This document shows, piece by piece, positions 30,801-41,200 of a DNA stretch of 61,767 nt. The stretch comes from a virus. Taxonomy: Duplodnaviria; Caudoviricetes. A program made the translations under genes and the position numbers. Where the stretch lies: positions 1-61,767 of the IMG/VR virus record IMGVR_UViG_3300046532_001253; one strand, written 5' to 3'. Under the pieces are notes generated by a model. The model was not told where the DNA came from. It did not search any database and saw only the letters and a list, made by a program, of their open reading frames with translations. Every line of letters begins with the position of its first letter. The first letter of the stretch is position 1.

Positions 30801-33800
30801 GATCCGTTGCACTAATTCTAAAGTTATGAACAAATACTGTACCTGGGTTAGTACGTGGTGCGCCAACTACTGTAATATAATCGCTTACATCAATTGCATC
30901 ACCATAGCCTGTAACTGTACCACTATGCTGTGTAGGTATAAATTTACCAGTCTGTGCAAACGTGCCTTCGGGTAATAACGAATGCACTGCAATACGTCCG
31001 GCTCCACTGTCGCCAGCACCAACAACAATTAAGTCACCATTACTATTAATTTTAACATTTGATCCATATCCATCAGCACCAATGTATTCACTACTTTGAC
31101 TACCTATTTCTTGTGAATTGGTCCATGTATTTTCTTTCTGATAAACTCCCCATCTGTTGGTTAAGTCAAAACTCTCAACCCAAACATTATCGCCGTTTTT
31201 CCAACCACGCTTAGGAGCAATAGAATTAAGTAACATTGGATCTGCAATACGCATACTATCCATTTCAAATAGCATTCCGGTATCATTGGTAATTGACCGT
31301 GCTTCTTTAAGGAATTGTTCGCCTTGGTACATGTCTACTAATATAGTTTGTAAGTCTTCTGTAGTTTTTACTTTATAAAACCCATCATATGCAGGATCAA
31401 ATCCTTTGATACAAAATACATCATTAATTTTAAGGTTATGAGGAGCATTAAATTGAATACTCATAATTCCATCAGTTTCAAACGTTAAACTAACTGGTCC
31501 AGCATCACTTACTGTTAATCTATAAACATTCCAATTTAACGAAAAGTCTTTAGCAACCCAAATCTTAAAGCCGTCACCTAACTCTTTAAGGTACGTATTA
31601 AGTGCATTGAAGTTTGTAATATCGTATAGTGTAGCATCAACATCTGCACTATTAACAAAACCTGCTTTACTAATATCATTTGAGTAATTGCTATCGTCAC
31701 TTCTTGCATGGAAGATATTCTTATTGAACGTTGCCGCTGTTGTTTTATATAATTTGTTTGATTGAATTCCAATTACACCTGGTGTATTAGCATCCGTTTT
31801 GTTTAATAATTGTAATGAACTTGGATTATCAGTTAGTTTACTATCATCAAGTTCAATCTCAAGTTGAGCATCACTTTCTAGTGATCCGTATTCGCCAACT
31901 CGCACTGCCCATTCTTCATAAGTTTTAATCTTACTAGAGATGTTATTAAAGGTAGCACTAGTTAATGCAGTAACACTATTTGCAGTACCTTTTTCTTTAA
32001 TAAATCCTTGATAGAATTTAGTTTGACTTTGAAAATCTAAGTTTAGGTCTGACAGGTATTTTCTATTACGTAACCCAATTAAGCCTGAACTAAACTCCTG
32101 TAGAGTTTCGTCAATTGGCATATTCTCAATATCGTATAAGTTAACAAACTTCTGTGCGTTAAATGCAAAGTTTGGAAGAAGTCCAGTTTTGATTGCAAAT
32201 CTATCAATCTGACTCCACTTACTTAAATCAAACGCCGCTGTACCAATAGCATTAGTTAATGCTACATAATAATTTCCTTTAGATGTAACCAATGATCCTT
32301 TTTTGTAATCAGTATTGGATACCCATGCATCAATTTTAGGATCATTATAAACAAATCCTGCTGGAGATAGTTCACCGTTCCAATCTGCTGTTTTATTTCC
32401 AATTACCTTCAGACGGAACTGTCTATTACCTAATGCTGGCAAGTAAATGATATCATTGAATACTGTAGTATTATCAAATACTAATACATGTTCCCATTGT
32501 ACTACTCTGCCCTCAAACAAACAAATAGTGTTATTGTTTAGTGTTTCTAAACTAAACTCATTTGGTTGTCTACTAACTGTAAATTCTGTATTCTTAATAA
32601 CACCATAGTTCTGATTTAATACTTTGTTACCGTTTGTCTCATTTGACACATAATCAACTGTTCCGCCTGCAACGTTAAGATCAATACGATCGTATGTTGG
32701 ACTTAACACAACTAAGCTACCGTCATCCCATTCTTGTTGTTCCCAAGCCAAGAATTCTTTACAACTTAATTCCCAGTTACGCTGTTCGCCTAAGGCCGCA
32801 TCATAATGATTAAAAGTAAAACCTTGTCCAACTAAGTAACGTCCGTAACTGATTAAGAAATCACAAATTTGTTGTACATTTGAAAACTCATGTCCGTATG
32901 GAATTAGTATCTTCTTACGTTGGTAATTGTGATAAATTACTGCTCGACGATCTAGTACTGAAAGAGTATGATTTTCATTATCTGCAACACTTGGAATAAT
33001 TGAAAAATACGGGTTACTTAAATCATAACCAGTAATAGTAAATCCATTGCCACTACGCTCAACAATAACTCCACTATATACTAACTTCCTAATAGGAGTA
33101 CTTTTGTTTAAGATAATCTTATAGTTCTCATCCGGAACCATAATACTTTCATTCTTACTAGTTGGGCTTGACTGTTCAGCTAAAACATTAATATAGTTTT
33201 TGCCTGTGTAGCCTGCTGATTTGTATGCTAGTTGTACTTCAATATTTTTAAAGTAACCAGCAAGTGTTGTTTGAGGATCAATTCCTCTGTACGTCATGTA
33301 GTCAACAACCCAGTTTAGATAACCAGCAACAAAGTTTCTTGTAGATGGAGTTGATGCAGTTGCAGTTGTCATGCTGTCTGGAATTACTACAGTATTAGGA
33401 CTAATACGTTTTAGACTTTGCATGTTTACTAGTTGTTTTAGTTTTGTATCTCTGTAATATCGTTTAATGTTTAACAAACTACCAAAGTAGAATGCTGGTT
33501 TAATTAATGCAAGGCCACGCTGTACTGCAAATGGATAATCACTTGACTTAATCCATGAATACTCTGCAGGACTAACTGCTCCAACCGAAAAACTCTGATT
33601 CACTTTAGTTGGGTCTAATGCTCTAACTATAAACTGGTCCGGGCTTTTTAAAACACCATACTCATCAACCGGAATCATACTTGTTAATCCAGTTCGTTTA
33701 AAGTTGTCGTTATAACCTTGTCTTGTTCCACTGTGAATGTAACCTAATTCTAGATCTTCCCACAGAAGTGTGTTTCCGCCAGTGTATGGTGCTGTTCCGT

Positions 33801-36800
33801 ATCTTGCTTCCCACCACAGTGGCTTAATAGCAAAGCCTAACATCTCCCAAGGGTGTGTATGTGGTCTCGTTGTGTCAAACATACTTAGATAAATTGCACG
33901 TGAACTACCAGTTAATACTTTACTGTCTAGGTTGCTTATTTGTCCACTAAAGTTCCATGTCCATGGATCTGACGATTTAAACGTTTTGTTAGTTGAGTAA
34001 TCAACTTGGTTAGCGCCAGCCCATTTTAAGAAGCTACGACTAACAATTCTTTTCCATTCAATTTCAGTGTAATCGCTGTCTCTAAAATAACCTGGAATAT
34101 ATTCATGAATATCAAAAATATTTTCATCATAGTTAATTTTAATGTTATTGTATATTCTTCTTTCAAATTCTAATAACAAGTCATCTCTAAAATCGTTAAA
34201 CGCTGGAATAACACTGCCATCGTGTCCTTGTATAACGTTAATAGGAGTTCTAAACGTTTCATCAAAATACTTTTCAGGCTGATACTTTGGATACAATCCT
34301 AATTTACTTGGAGTAGCAGGCAAATAACTACCGTCGGTGTTATTGTATACAACAACTCTAATTTTATCATCAACTGTAAGTGTATATGTGGAGTTAACAA
34401 TAATTGCTGACCGGTCCTGCGGGAAATAATAATCCTTGCCTTTAGTTAGCTGTACATCATTAACGTACACTAATGTTGCAGTATTACCAAGAATATTATC
34501 ATTAAACACTGCTGGTAAATCAAACTGTTTAAGATTTGGATTAATAACAGTATCGTTGTATACTGTTCTATTATTACCAAACGGCAACATATCACTATTG
34601 TAAAACGGAAAAGTACTGTCTTTAGTTAAATTAATTGCTTCAATAATCGTATCAACATGTTGCTCAGTTGTTTTACTATCAACAGTTGATATTTGGCCAC
34701 CAAGCTCTAAAAACTTATTCTTAAACTTTGTGTATTCTCTACTAGCAAGTTCAATACTTTCAACAAAATTTGTGTTGTCGTTTGTTAAAAATAAGTTGCT
34801 ATACAGCAATGGAAAACCATGCTGTAGAATAGTACCTGAACTATTTTTATAATAAAGATCTCGTTGGCTGGTAAATGTACCGCTTGCTTCATATATAACG
34901 TTTGTGTTTTCTTCAAGTTTAGCAATATGGTCTTTAAGCTGACCAAGTGTTAAACTTGTAAAATCAACGTTTTCAGCATTAAAATCTAAGTTACTCGGAA
35001 CTTCATAATAACCTTTTTCGCTAATACCTTTTCTACTATATAGCAAAATGTCAACTTTGTCAAATTCATTTATTAGATACTGCGGATCAATAACAACACA
35101 TAGTTTTGTTCCAATTAATTCTAAAGTAAAACTACCTCTTTTTAATAGTTTATTCTTAACCCAAACTTTAAGGTTTGGAGTTGTTTTAACTTCATCGCTT
35201 AGTAAATCAATTTCAAAATAGTTAGTAGCACCATCAAACTCAAATGTTAGGATTTGATATTGTTTACTTAATTCTGTATTCTTAACCCATGTGTTGCGAT
35301 ATTCTTTTAGTGTCTTAGTATAATTCTTAACCAAGAAACCTGTGTTAATATTACGCACTACTGTATCTAACAATACAGTGCTAGACAACGTATCACTATT
35401 GAACGTAGTTTCAAATTCTAAATCACTAATACTGTTAAAGTTTCTATAGCTGACAGGAAAGCCTAATACTTCGTCGTTTGCTGTCCCGGTACTTTTTTTG
35501 TATTGAAAAATTGTTGTGCCAGTAAAGGTACTGTTTGGATATGTAGTTGCATCACCAAAACTAATGTCGTTTCCGTCAAACACATCAAACATTGGACTTT
35601 CGTTAATTTTAGATTTTAATTGTCCTGCAAACCATAGACTGCCATCAAACCAATAGTTCTTTTTAGCATTCTTGCCCGCCAACACAACAACAACATCACC
35701 GTTCTCTAATGGAGTTTTTGTCTTTTGCGTTAGGTGGATTGTTGGAGTCCCAGCAATTGTTACAAGACTAATTGTGTAAACTTGTTTTCTAACCTCAGGA
35801 TCTAATTCGTTAGCAAAAATAATAGTTTTGTTATTGCTCAATGAGAATAATAATTCCCAGCTTGTTGAATTTGTAGCAGTTGGGGATTGTGCAATATCTT
35901 CATTTGCTTCGTATGCAATGCTATTATAATTAACAACACCACCTTTAACAATGGTGTTTGCAGTAGCACTATTATACACTGTGAATGGAAATAACTGAAA
36001 CCAAGTTATATCTTTATTATCATCTGTTGGTATATCGTTAATAGCAACATTCTTTAATGCTTCGTATGCAAATCCGCCGGATGATATACGTTCGCCTTTT
36101 GTGTAAGTTCTTGATGCATCAAACGGTACTAGCGGAAAGCGTTCTTTCCACACAACAGAATCTGTTGGAAGTGTTTGTGTATTCTTTATTGCACCGTATA
36201 CATTAGTTCCGTTAATAACAACAGAATTTTTAACGTAATTCTTTATATCAGAGTATATACTGCCTGAGCGTTCAATATCAGAAAAAGCATCTGTTACTGT
36301 AAAGTCTAAATAATCAACTGGTTCAATAGCATCAATACCAAAGTTGTAGAGTTTAAGCGAATGCTCAAATTCAACGATCGGACGTTTGGCTCTAAATTCT
36401 TGGTCTGGCAGACTAGTATTCTTAGCTCTATAATTATTAACATCTGTTAATGTTATTAAATCAGCACCAAGTTGATAAAAGTTATCTTCGCCGTATGCAT
36501 AAAAGATTTGACCATTAGTATATTCATATGCTAGATTTTGAATAGCAACTTTACTACGTATTGTAGTAACAATATTTACATTGTCAGGAATAGCAATAAA
36601 TTCGTTATTGAAGTTTGGATCATATGTAAATGTATAAATTAATACTTCTTTATTTAGGTTTGCTGTTTGTGTAAGCACATCAATATGAAACCAGCGATTA
36701 CTTCGTGACCAGCCATTTAAATCAATACTACCTCTATTAATACTAATATAGTCTGGCGTTGTTAATCCATTTTCAGCATATGCTTCAGTGGTAACTAAAT

Positions 36801-38277
36801 CTGTTACAGCTACCAACCTAATACCAGTACCAACGCCTTCAACATAGTATTCACTATTTGCGTAATCAACAGGTGAAACAGTAGAATTAAATGAGATCTT
36901 TAATCCATTAGTAAAGTCAACTCCATTTGGACTTGCATAACTTATTTGTCCAATAATATCTTTATCAACGTCGATTGTGAAGTTTTCAGCATCAACAATA
37001 CGAATCTCACCAAAGAATGTACTGCTCGTTGAGTCTTGATAATATAGCCTATCAAGTATACTTGTAATAACCGGGACCTGATGATATGTATGATCAAAGT
37101 CTAAGTGATATTCTTTGGTACCACTAACAATACCATTCTTAATATATACTTTTTGGTCAAACGTTACTACAGTAGATGGTACTAAATTAATAATATAATC
37201 GTCTGCAACCCCAGTGGTTTGATCAATTTCACCAATGGGTAAAATATTGATTCTCCAAACATTACGTCTATCAGTGTTTGGGACAACTTGAACAGTTGGA
37301 ACAATGCCAAAGTTTAGCATGTCAAAGAATTCGTTATTAGTCCACGGTAGGTCTGTTACTACATCATCATTGGTAATAAAAACTAAACTTTTATTTTGTA
37401 GATCTGCGTAGGTAGTTTGTCCGTCAATCCCAGTTGGGTTAGTAGCTAGGAACGTGCTTAACAAATTTCCTTGGATCTTGCTGTAGTGTAAACTACTGGC
37501 CATGTCCACTGTTTCAATAGTAGGCATAAGAGTAAATCTATTTTGTGCATCAGCAAGAGGAACTTTAAAGGTAAGTGTTCCATCGTCAGTGCCGTTGTTA
37601 GTTACACCAAATATTTCTCGTGTACTAATATTAGTTTGATTTAACCGTCTTCCAGTTACACCTGGTTCAGTTTGAATCCAAAACTTGTGCCCGACGTCGT
37701 CAACTTTAAATGTATATGTACCACCACGTGCTAATACTAGCACTGGATTACTTTCAATACCTCTTTCGCTAAAGTTAAAGCCTGCAACACTAAGGTTACG
37801 TGTTACATCATAATCTTCTTCTGTTTCAACGTTACCAGCAAATACGTCTACACTTGCTGGTCCATTTGGTACCCAGTAGTAGTTCTTAAAGTTTGTAAAT
37901 TTGTCATAATCAAACATACCATCATAACTATAACTCTCATTTGAGAATAGTCTATTATGGTTATCAATTATACCACCATTATACTGTATTTGTTGTAATA
38001 AGTCAAGATAAGAACTGAAAAAATCAACAGTATCAGTCTGTTTATCTGTAATAACTACTGCTGGTTCTAACTGATAATTCTGCCTACTCGTACTTGGTTC
38101 AACAATATAATTGTCATTAGTATTATGAGTTGGACTAAACTTGCGACCAATGTATCCGTTAACTTTAGTAAAGTTTGGTTCAGTTACTAATTGATCCAAT
38201 GTAGCATTCAGAAACTTCTTATTAGTTTCTGTTCTAAAGATCTCAGGAAGAAAATTAACTGTTTTAACTATTGCCAT
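24832..38277 (-). CDS. Giant 4481-aa baseplate wedge/structural protein (gp7 position) with FG-GAP-like and carbohydrate-binding-like repeats
   Basis: Follows the gp6-like gene; INEVKPY motif; FG...VGAP repeats; W..Y.KG..V...G..Y.A repeats. Confidence 0.7.
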   Translation of the reverse strand: MAIVKTVNFLPEIFRTETNKKFLNATLDQLVTEPNFTKVNGYIGRKFSPTHNTNDNYIVEPSTSRQNYQLEPAVVITDKQTDTVDFFSSYLDLLQQIQYNGGIIDNHNRLFSNESYSYDGMFDYDKFTNFKNYYWVPNGPASVDVFAGNVETEEDYDVTRNLSVAGFNFSERGIESNPVLVLARGGTYTFKVDDVGHKFWIQTEPGVTGRRLNQTNISTREIFGVTNNGTDDGTLTFKVPLADAQNRFTLMPTIETVDMASSLHYSKIQGNLLSTFLATNPTGIDGQTTYADLQNKSLVFITNDDVVTDLPWTNNEFFDMLNFGIVPTVQVVPNTDRRNVWRINILPIGEIDQTTGVADDYIINLVPSTVVTFDQKVYIKNGIVSGTKEYHLDFDHTYHQVPVITSILDRLYYQDSTSSTFFGEIRIVDAENFTIDVDKDIIGQISYASPNGVDFTNGLKISFNSTVSPVDYANSEYYVEGVGTGIRLVAVTDLVTTEAYAENGLTTPDYISINRGSIDLNGWSRSNRWFHIDVLTQTANLNKEVLIYTFTYDPNFNNEFIAIPDNVNIVTTIRSKVAIQNLAYEYTNGQIFYAYGEDNFYQLGADLITLTDVNNYRAKNTSLPDQEFRAKRPIVEFEHSLKLYNFGIDAIEPVDYLDFTVTDAFSDIERSGSIYSDIKNYVKNSVVINGTNVYGAIKNTQTLPTDSVVWKERFPLVPFDASRTYTKGERISSGGFAYEALKNVAINDIPTDDNKDITWFQLFPFTVYNSATANTIVKGGVVNYNSIAYEANEDIAQSPTATNSTSWELLFSLSNNKTIIFANELDPEVRKQVYTISLVTIAGTPTIHLTQKTKTPLENGDVVVVLAGKNAKKNYWFDGSLWFAGQLKSKINESPMFDVFDGNDISFGDATTYPNSTFTGTTIFQYKKSTGTANDEVLGFPVSYRNFNSISDLEFETTFNSDTLSSTVLLDTVVRNINTGFLVKNYTKTLKEYRNTWVKNTELSKQYQILTFEFDGATNYFEIDLLSDEVKTTPNLKVWVKNKLLKRGSFTLELIGTKLCVVIDPQYLINEFDKVDILLYSRKGISEKGYYEVPSNLDFNAENVDFTSLTLGQLKDHIAKLEENTNVIYEASGTFTSQRDLYYKNSSGTILQHGFPLLYSNLFLTNDNTNFVESIELASREYTKFKNKFLELGGQISTVDSKTTEQHVDTIIEAINLTKDSTFPFYNSDMLPFGNNRTVYNDTVINPNLKQFDLPAVFNDNILGNTATLVYVNDVQLTKGKDYYFPQDRSAIIVNSTYTLTVDDKIRVVVYNNTDGSYLPATPSKLGLYPKYQPEKYFDETFRTPINVIQGHDGSVIPAFNDFRDDLLLEFERRIYNNIKINYDENIFDIHEYIPGYFRDSDYTEIEWKRIVSRSFLKWAGANQVDYSTNKTFKSSDPWTWNFSGQISNLDSKVLTGSSRAIYLSMFDTTRPHTHPWEMLGFAIKPLWWEARYGTAPYTGGNTLLWEDLELGYIHSGTRQGYNDNFKRTGLTSMIPVDEYGVLKSPDQFIVRALDPTKVNQSFSVGAVSPAEYSWIKSSDYPFAVQRGLALIKPAFYFGSLLNIKRYYRDTKLKQLVNMQSLKRISPNTVVIPDSMTTATASTPSTRNFVAGYLNWVVDYMTYRGIDPQTTLAGYFKNIEVQLAYKSAGYTGKNYINVLAEQSSPTSKNESIMVPDENYKIILNKSTPIRKLVYSGVIVERSGNGFTITGYDLSNPYFSIIPSVADNENHTLSVLDRRAVIYHNYQRKKILIPYGHEFSNVQQICDFLISYGRYLVGQGFTFNHYDAALGEQRNWELSCKEFLAWEQQEWDDGSLVVLSPTYDRIDLNVAGGTVDYVSNETNGNKVLNQNYGVIKNTEFTVSRQPNEFSLETLNNNTICLFEGRVVQWEHVLVFDNTTVFNDIIYLPALGNRQFRLKVIGNKTADWNGELSPAGFVYNDPKIDAWVSNTDYKKGSLVTSKGNYYVALTNAIGTAAFDLSKWSQIDRFAIKTGLLPNFAFNAQKFVNLYDIENMPIDETLQEFSSGLIGLRNRKYLSDLNLDFQSQTKFYQGFIKEKGTANSVTALTSATFNNISSKIKTYEEWAVRVGEYGSLESDAQLEIELDDSKLTDNPSSLQLLNKTDANTPGVIGIQSNKLYKTTAATFNKNIFHARSDDSNYSNDISKAGFVNSADVDATLYDITNFNALNTYLKELGDGFKIWVAKDFSLNWNVYRLTVSDAGPVSLTFETDGIMSIQFNAPHNLKINDVFCIKGFDPAYDGFYKVKTTEDLQTILVDMYQGEQFLKEARSITNDTGMLFEMDSMRIADPMLLNSIAPKRGWKNGDNVWVESFDLTNRWGVYQKENTWTNSQEIGSQSSEYIGADGYGSNVKINSNGDLIVVGAGDSGAGRIAVHSLLPEGTFAQTGKFIPTQHSGTVTGYGDAIDVSDYITVVGAPRTNPGTVFVHNFRISATDHATQIIQAPTTSEGFGKSVRISDNNKWLFVGAPDANKVYVYHRDNSVINQSKSITLTTTPIRSNTDGSTLAEYNLGFTPVAPSALVVYLNNPSETLLTYNVDYTISGTTLTLLQTHVDAITTALGNNDNHFLSVATGVNRNYELGWTVTDSSSVVVKINDNDILTEGLDYTISGTTLTVIPDLTSLVTALTITQARHWKYENVLTPPGSVNSDAEFGRFLYCDNDGTELFVGAPSETVNSLTNVGKVYHYIRHTEFQKSNPQTTAYRPSSDITSVADSVVDVFVGDTELIVGVDYTYNVGGTNEVILTTAIDAGQKIKIASNIWHSMQEILAPSDEVIANTLFGSQIAVDFSSASIYITAPGYKTNTYDSGKVYRYIKPSRHLGKVTGTVADPVLTVGDNLYINGFIVALDSTTVESLSTKINGSNIPGITSSVVAGKLTITSSSKLTRNKLFLACANNSTLCADLGIGDFEYSQTIEAPGGGVSETFGLSVSVGDNDETLLIGSGNALTIQALLIDKLATASTSTTTFDGSSTLFIDKVFGSNAYIYELFENDQTNLTNTGQHIFAQKFDLIANRRFDFFGLALDLKKEYIIVGDPGDDQIAPNGGTAWLYKTGGKRIWSRTREQGTEVDIDTLSRMLIYSKKSNNILSNFDYIDPAKGKILGQAEINLDFKTATDPAFYTNNPASNVEIQVDANLHWGADQVGMTWWDLSLVRYIDYEQDSLTYRIKNWGKMFPGSSVSVSEWIESTVPPSGYTLTLDADGVPKYTADGTYVQTTVVDESTGIVKEKYYYWVTKKNSAINKTRSIVSITEMIENPELQGIPYAALVAENAVSLYNVNDYLNGTDVVLQIRYDLIRNNNSVHTEYELIQEGNPDSNIPTSIINKLIDSLAGEDSSGFVVPDPSLLTQDKYGISVRPRQTMIRDRQQALKNFVGTVNDVLIQHPIRQQKILTKFLSHEKIPATTEYDFAVDLYDELAYLDVASLATGYKVFVSVDSTIENRWSIYTLNASNKFILTRVQAFNTEFYWDYTDWYATGYNSTTKEDYTVDYEKDVKSLSLLPAGSIIRVRYNNIGTFTLYKTQNYNDIDNLTLIGLGNGTVKLSDRLYDSGKYTLGFATENFDSQRFDINPSVEIRNIFNALQHDVYTGTLRNEFNKLFFTLVYYILQSERNADWIFKTSFITVLHQLRELTQYPSYVKDNQDYYIDYINEVKPYRSKIREYLISYAGNDTYQGNVSDFDLPAYYEDTINSFRSPTGEGINDDTLLEQRQYQDWVKNKALTLESIQVAQGGTGYTLPPVVTVKDGVTGALSLIKPIAKINPSTGKVTSITFSGSYTFNSTPTIVINGNGTGAKAYPVMVNDKIRGIRTTIKFDRNTYRSNLVKWTAMMVVKENDYVYYQNEIYQATQDLSASSIFDFRYFTQLSHDYGNALDRIVAYYVNADGVAGADLLTNLISGINYPGVRVTGLTFEDDASATSYIDTYMQSTYLDTTLGTRAEDITVDGGAFVDKYSSHAPEELVPGINFDTLVLSVFTRITDNNGEIVSGPPLGFRIIQDLTQSQERCPTTWSATTYNKGDYVLHSGSYYVALENVNLELSTTPDSSATRWRFVWKTPTAWDGALDYDKSAYVTHAGLTYASNHKIDYKGTVATTADLVVSASNINFDLYYVTSESSYYYWNETDNSWQHATAGTWTGKISYSRGDWVLYSGVLYNAKRGFNYKTEVALIANLPAMGQLVSDVHYVTNEASYYYWNGNSWIAAGPTPNAQGAFWLPRTDITETLGSTPLSMPIIWQKVNASTYDATLDCPVKFSPNDSRKYYRISASRSTLLTQAFASTDTVMHLEDVGKVPDPDAGSGIPGVIYVQGEIIYYYEKDQTNNTLGRIRRGVLGTGMSTTIPVGTRADDLGKLQELSENSDYTDWMNSLGEFGFVEVGDYDYQGAGFGYAYNVAYPDSPNDADSDAGDAPFDYNISISSGGAATEQATFLSKASAYNP
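30268..30500. repeat. Exact 32-nt direct repeat (30268-30299 and 30469-30500) encoding DYTISGTTLT
   Basis: agtaagtgttgttcctgaaatagtataatcaa occurs twice, 201 nt apart and in frame. Confidence 0.9.
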
Positions 38278-38293
38278 GTTATATACTTCTGCC

Positions 38294-41200
38294 TTATACT
38301 GTTATCACTGTTGCTTGGTTCAGTTGACTTGCTGTAATTGAAGTAATTACATCAACGTCATCAACTGTTGCACAACTAATTAGAATCTCGTCTGGTTCTG
38401 CATTAATTTGATATAAATTACCAAATTGTGCTGAACTGTTATTAGGAACAATAATAATACTTGCTAACTCTGGAGTTAGTTGAGAGTGTAAGAAAGCACT
38501 CAATTCACTAAAGTAAAATGTTTCACCAAAGTCCCAGTTGTTAATATCAAAGTAAGCATTAATTGCATTAATAACTCTGGTCTTAACATCACTATCTGAA
38601 ATAATCATATTAGGATTCTTAACTACTTTAAATTTTGCCTTTAATGCTACGTCAGACAGTGAACCAAATACTGGTTTAAACTTAGCACTATTATAAATTA
38701 TTGTGTCGCTCATTGCTTTGAAGTTTTCAAGAGTTGCAAACTCAGATTTTAGTTCTTCTTGCGTTGGCGCCAATGGTAATGTTAACACGTTAGTAGTGTC
38801 GGTAATAAATGCAGTATAATCTGTTGCATATTGTTTTGTTAATACAAATATATCCATTAAGTTGTTTGGACTTGGATCTATACGTCTGTTGTTTGGACTA
38901 GTATGTTTATACTGGAAGTTTAATGTGTCTCTTCCTACATATGCTTTATAATTAGCTGTAACATCTGTTACAGAACGTATATTAGCACTATTAATCGATA
39001 GTTCATAAAAACTCTTATTAGTATATGCATAGAAGATTTGTCCAGTTAAGTAACTGTCAAGACTTAATTTAATACTTTCTAAATTAGAATCAATAACAAT
39101 ATCGCTATATGTAACTGGCGAGAATTGATCAAAACTTGTAGTTGATTGTGTCTTCTTTAAAAACACATACTTCTCTGTTGAGTTAACTGCACTAGCAACA
39201 ATTAGATTAAATAGGTCAGGATTGTCAGGAACACCGTCGTTATCAAAATCTGGAAATGTAACTAATACTTTACTGTTATCTCTGTAGCCATCGCTTGCAA
39301 TGATACTCTTATAAACATTCCAAGTTAAGTTTTGTGCTAACGGATATGCACTATCAGCTTGACTATTAAACTTTAGTACAGTAATTTCATCGTTTTGAGT
39401 CTTACCAGACTTACTATCAAACACCTTTGCGTTTTCATCAAAGTAGAATTTAGTTTCTGCTTTACTCTCAAAGTAATAGTCTAATCCACGGTAGCTAATA
39501 ACATATTCAGTTCCAGTGTAAATTAATTTAACTATCCAACTTGCATCTTTGCCTAAGCCATCTGTATTGCCAGCGTTTGTATTATCGTATATGTTGCTAC
39601 CTATGTCGGAACTATCAATTAATGCCCAACCATTAATAGTCGTATCATAACGTAGAGCAAAGTTCTTATAAATCTTAACAAGTGTTACCATTTGATTAAT
39701 AAGACTGTCACTTAGTACACTCTTAAACACTGGAATAATTTCTAACGGAATAGCTTTAGTTGGAACAGTTTCGCTAATAGTAATTGCATTTGTTGTTTGA
39801 TTAACTCCAGTAACACTAGCATAGATAAACGTACGATCTTTATCCTTACTAACAACGCCAGCCTTAATCTTATTACGTGCATCAAAATAGTTGCCCGTTC
39901 CGGCACCAAATTTAATAATAGCACCTGGCAATATATTCTTTAGGATGCCAGATATACCTGTACCAATTGGCATAGTAACAAAAGGCAATCCGTCAGTGTC
40001 TGAGCTGTCAGGGCCTGTAATATATCCAATGCTCTTATTAGTACTTGCTGAGGAGAACGACCAGGTTAAATCAGTAACCGATGTTCCGCCACTAATGGGC
40101 CAACTTAATTGTGAAAGATTAAATCTGTCACTCTTATCGTAATGTAAATGTTGTACTGGCTTGTCTTTAAGTATTGGACTAATAGTATTGTAGATAACGT
40201 TAAAAATTTCGTTAACTGTCTGATATGTAAAGTTTGTAGTTTTAATATACTCGTCTCTATACAATAGACCATCTGCACTAAAAATATTAGTACTTGAATA
40301 CTTGCCTGTAACGTCAACAACGTCAAGGAAACGACTTACTCCAGAACTACTACGGTTAGTAGCTTTTACTTTTTGAATATTACTAAATGCAGTGTAAGGG
40401 AAAATGTTGTAGTCTTCCCCTGTGATCATTCTATTTTGTGTATAATATTGTTGTGGTGCTTTTTGTCTAATTTCACTAAGTGTTTCACGTGGACTAGAGT
40501 TAGCTACAGTGTATTGTAAACTTACCTTAACAGTTAATGTTGCAGTTCTACCATTGCGATCAATATAAGAAATAGGAATATTGACATTTTGAATTTCGTC
40601 AGGTGTAATCTTATAGCTTGCACCAACACTTTGTCGGTAAAATAATCTAAAGCCACCCTGGGGAATATTTGCAAAAGATCCGTCACCAAAGCTCAATGTT
40701 ATTTGATCATCGTTGCGTGTAACAACTTGATATAAGTTACGTTCTACTTCGTTATTGTATGCAATGTTAATTCCGTTAATTGCAGGAACTTGAGTCCACC
40801 TATTTCCAATTGAGCCATCGGAGTTTAGTTTGTATAACCAAACATCCTGATTGTTAATATCATTAAAATCAATATTAACACCTCTATTAGGTAGTGCATC
40901 ATTTATGTTAAAGTCAACACTATTAAGTGTACCTTGTTTAAAGTACACAAAGAATCCAGTATTGTTTGAACTGTTGCCAAGATTATCAGTACGATATAAA
41001 ATATTAAATAAACCGGTCGGCGCAGGTTCTTTTTCGTAAAGGTATGTTTGATCTACACTGGTTGGTGTTATTGCTTCAAAGTCTAGTTGACTGCCTTCTA
41101 CTTCTGTTGAGAAACGGAACACAGGCATAATATTTTCTAGAATTCTTAGTGTGTACTCTTGAGTTCTAATTCCATTAATAACTTGAGTGTTGCCGCTTTT

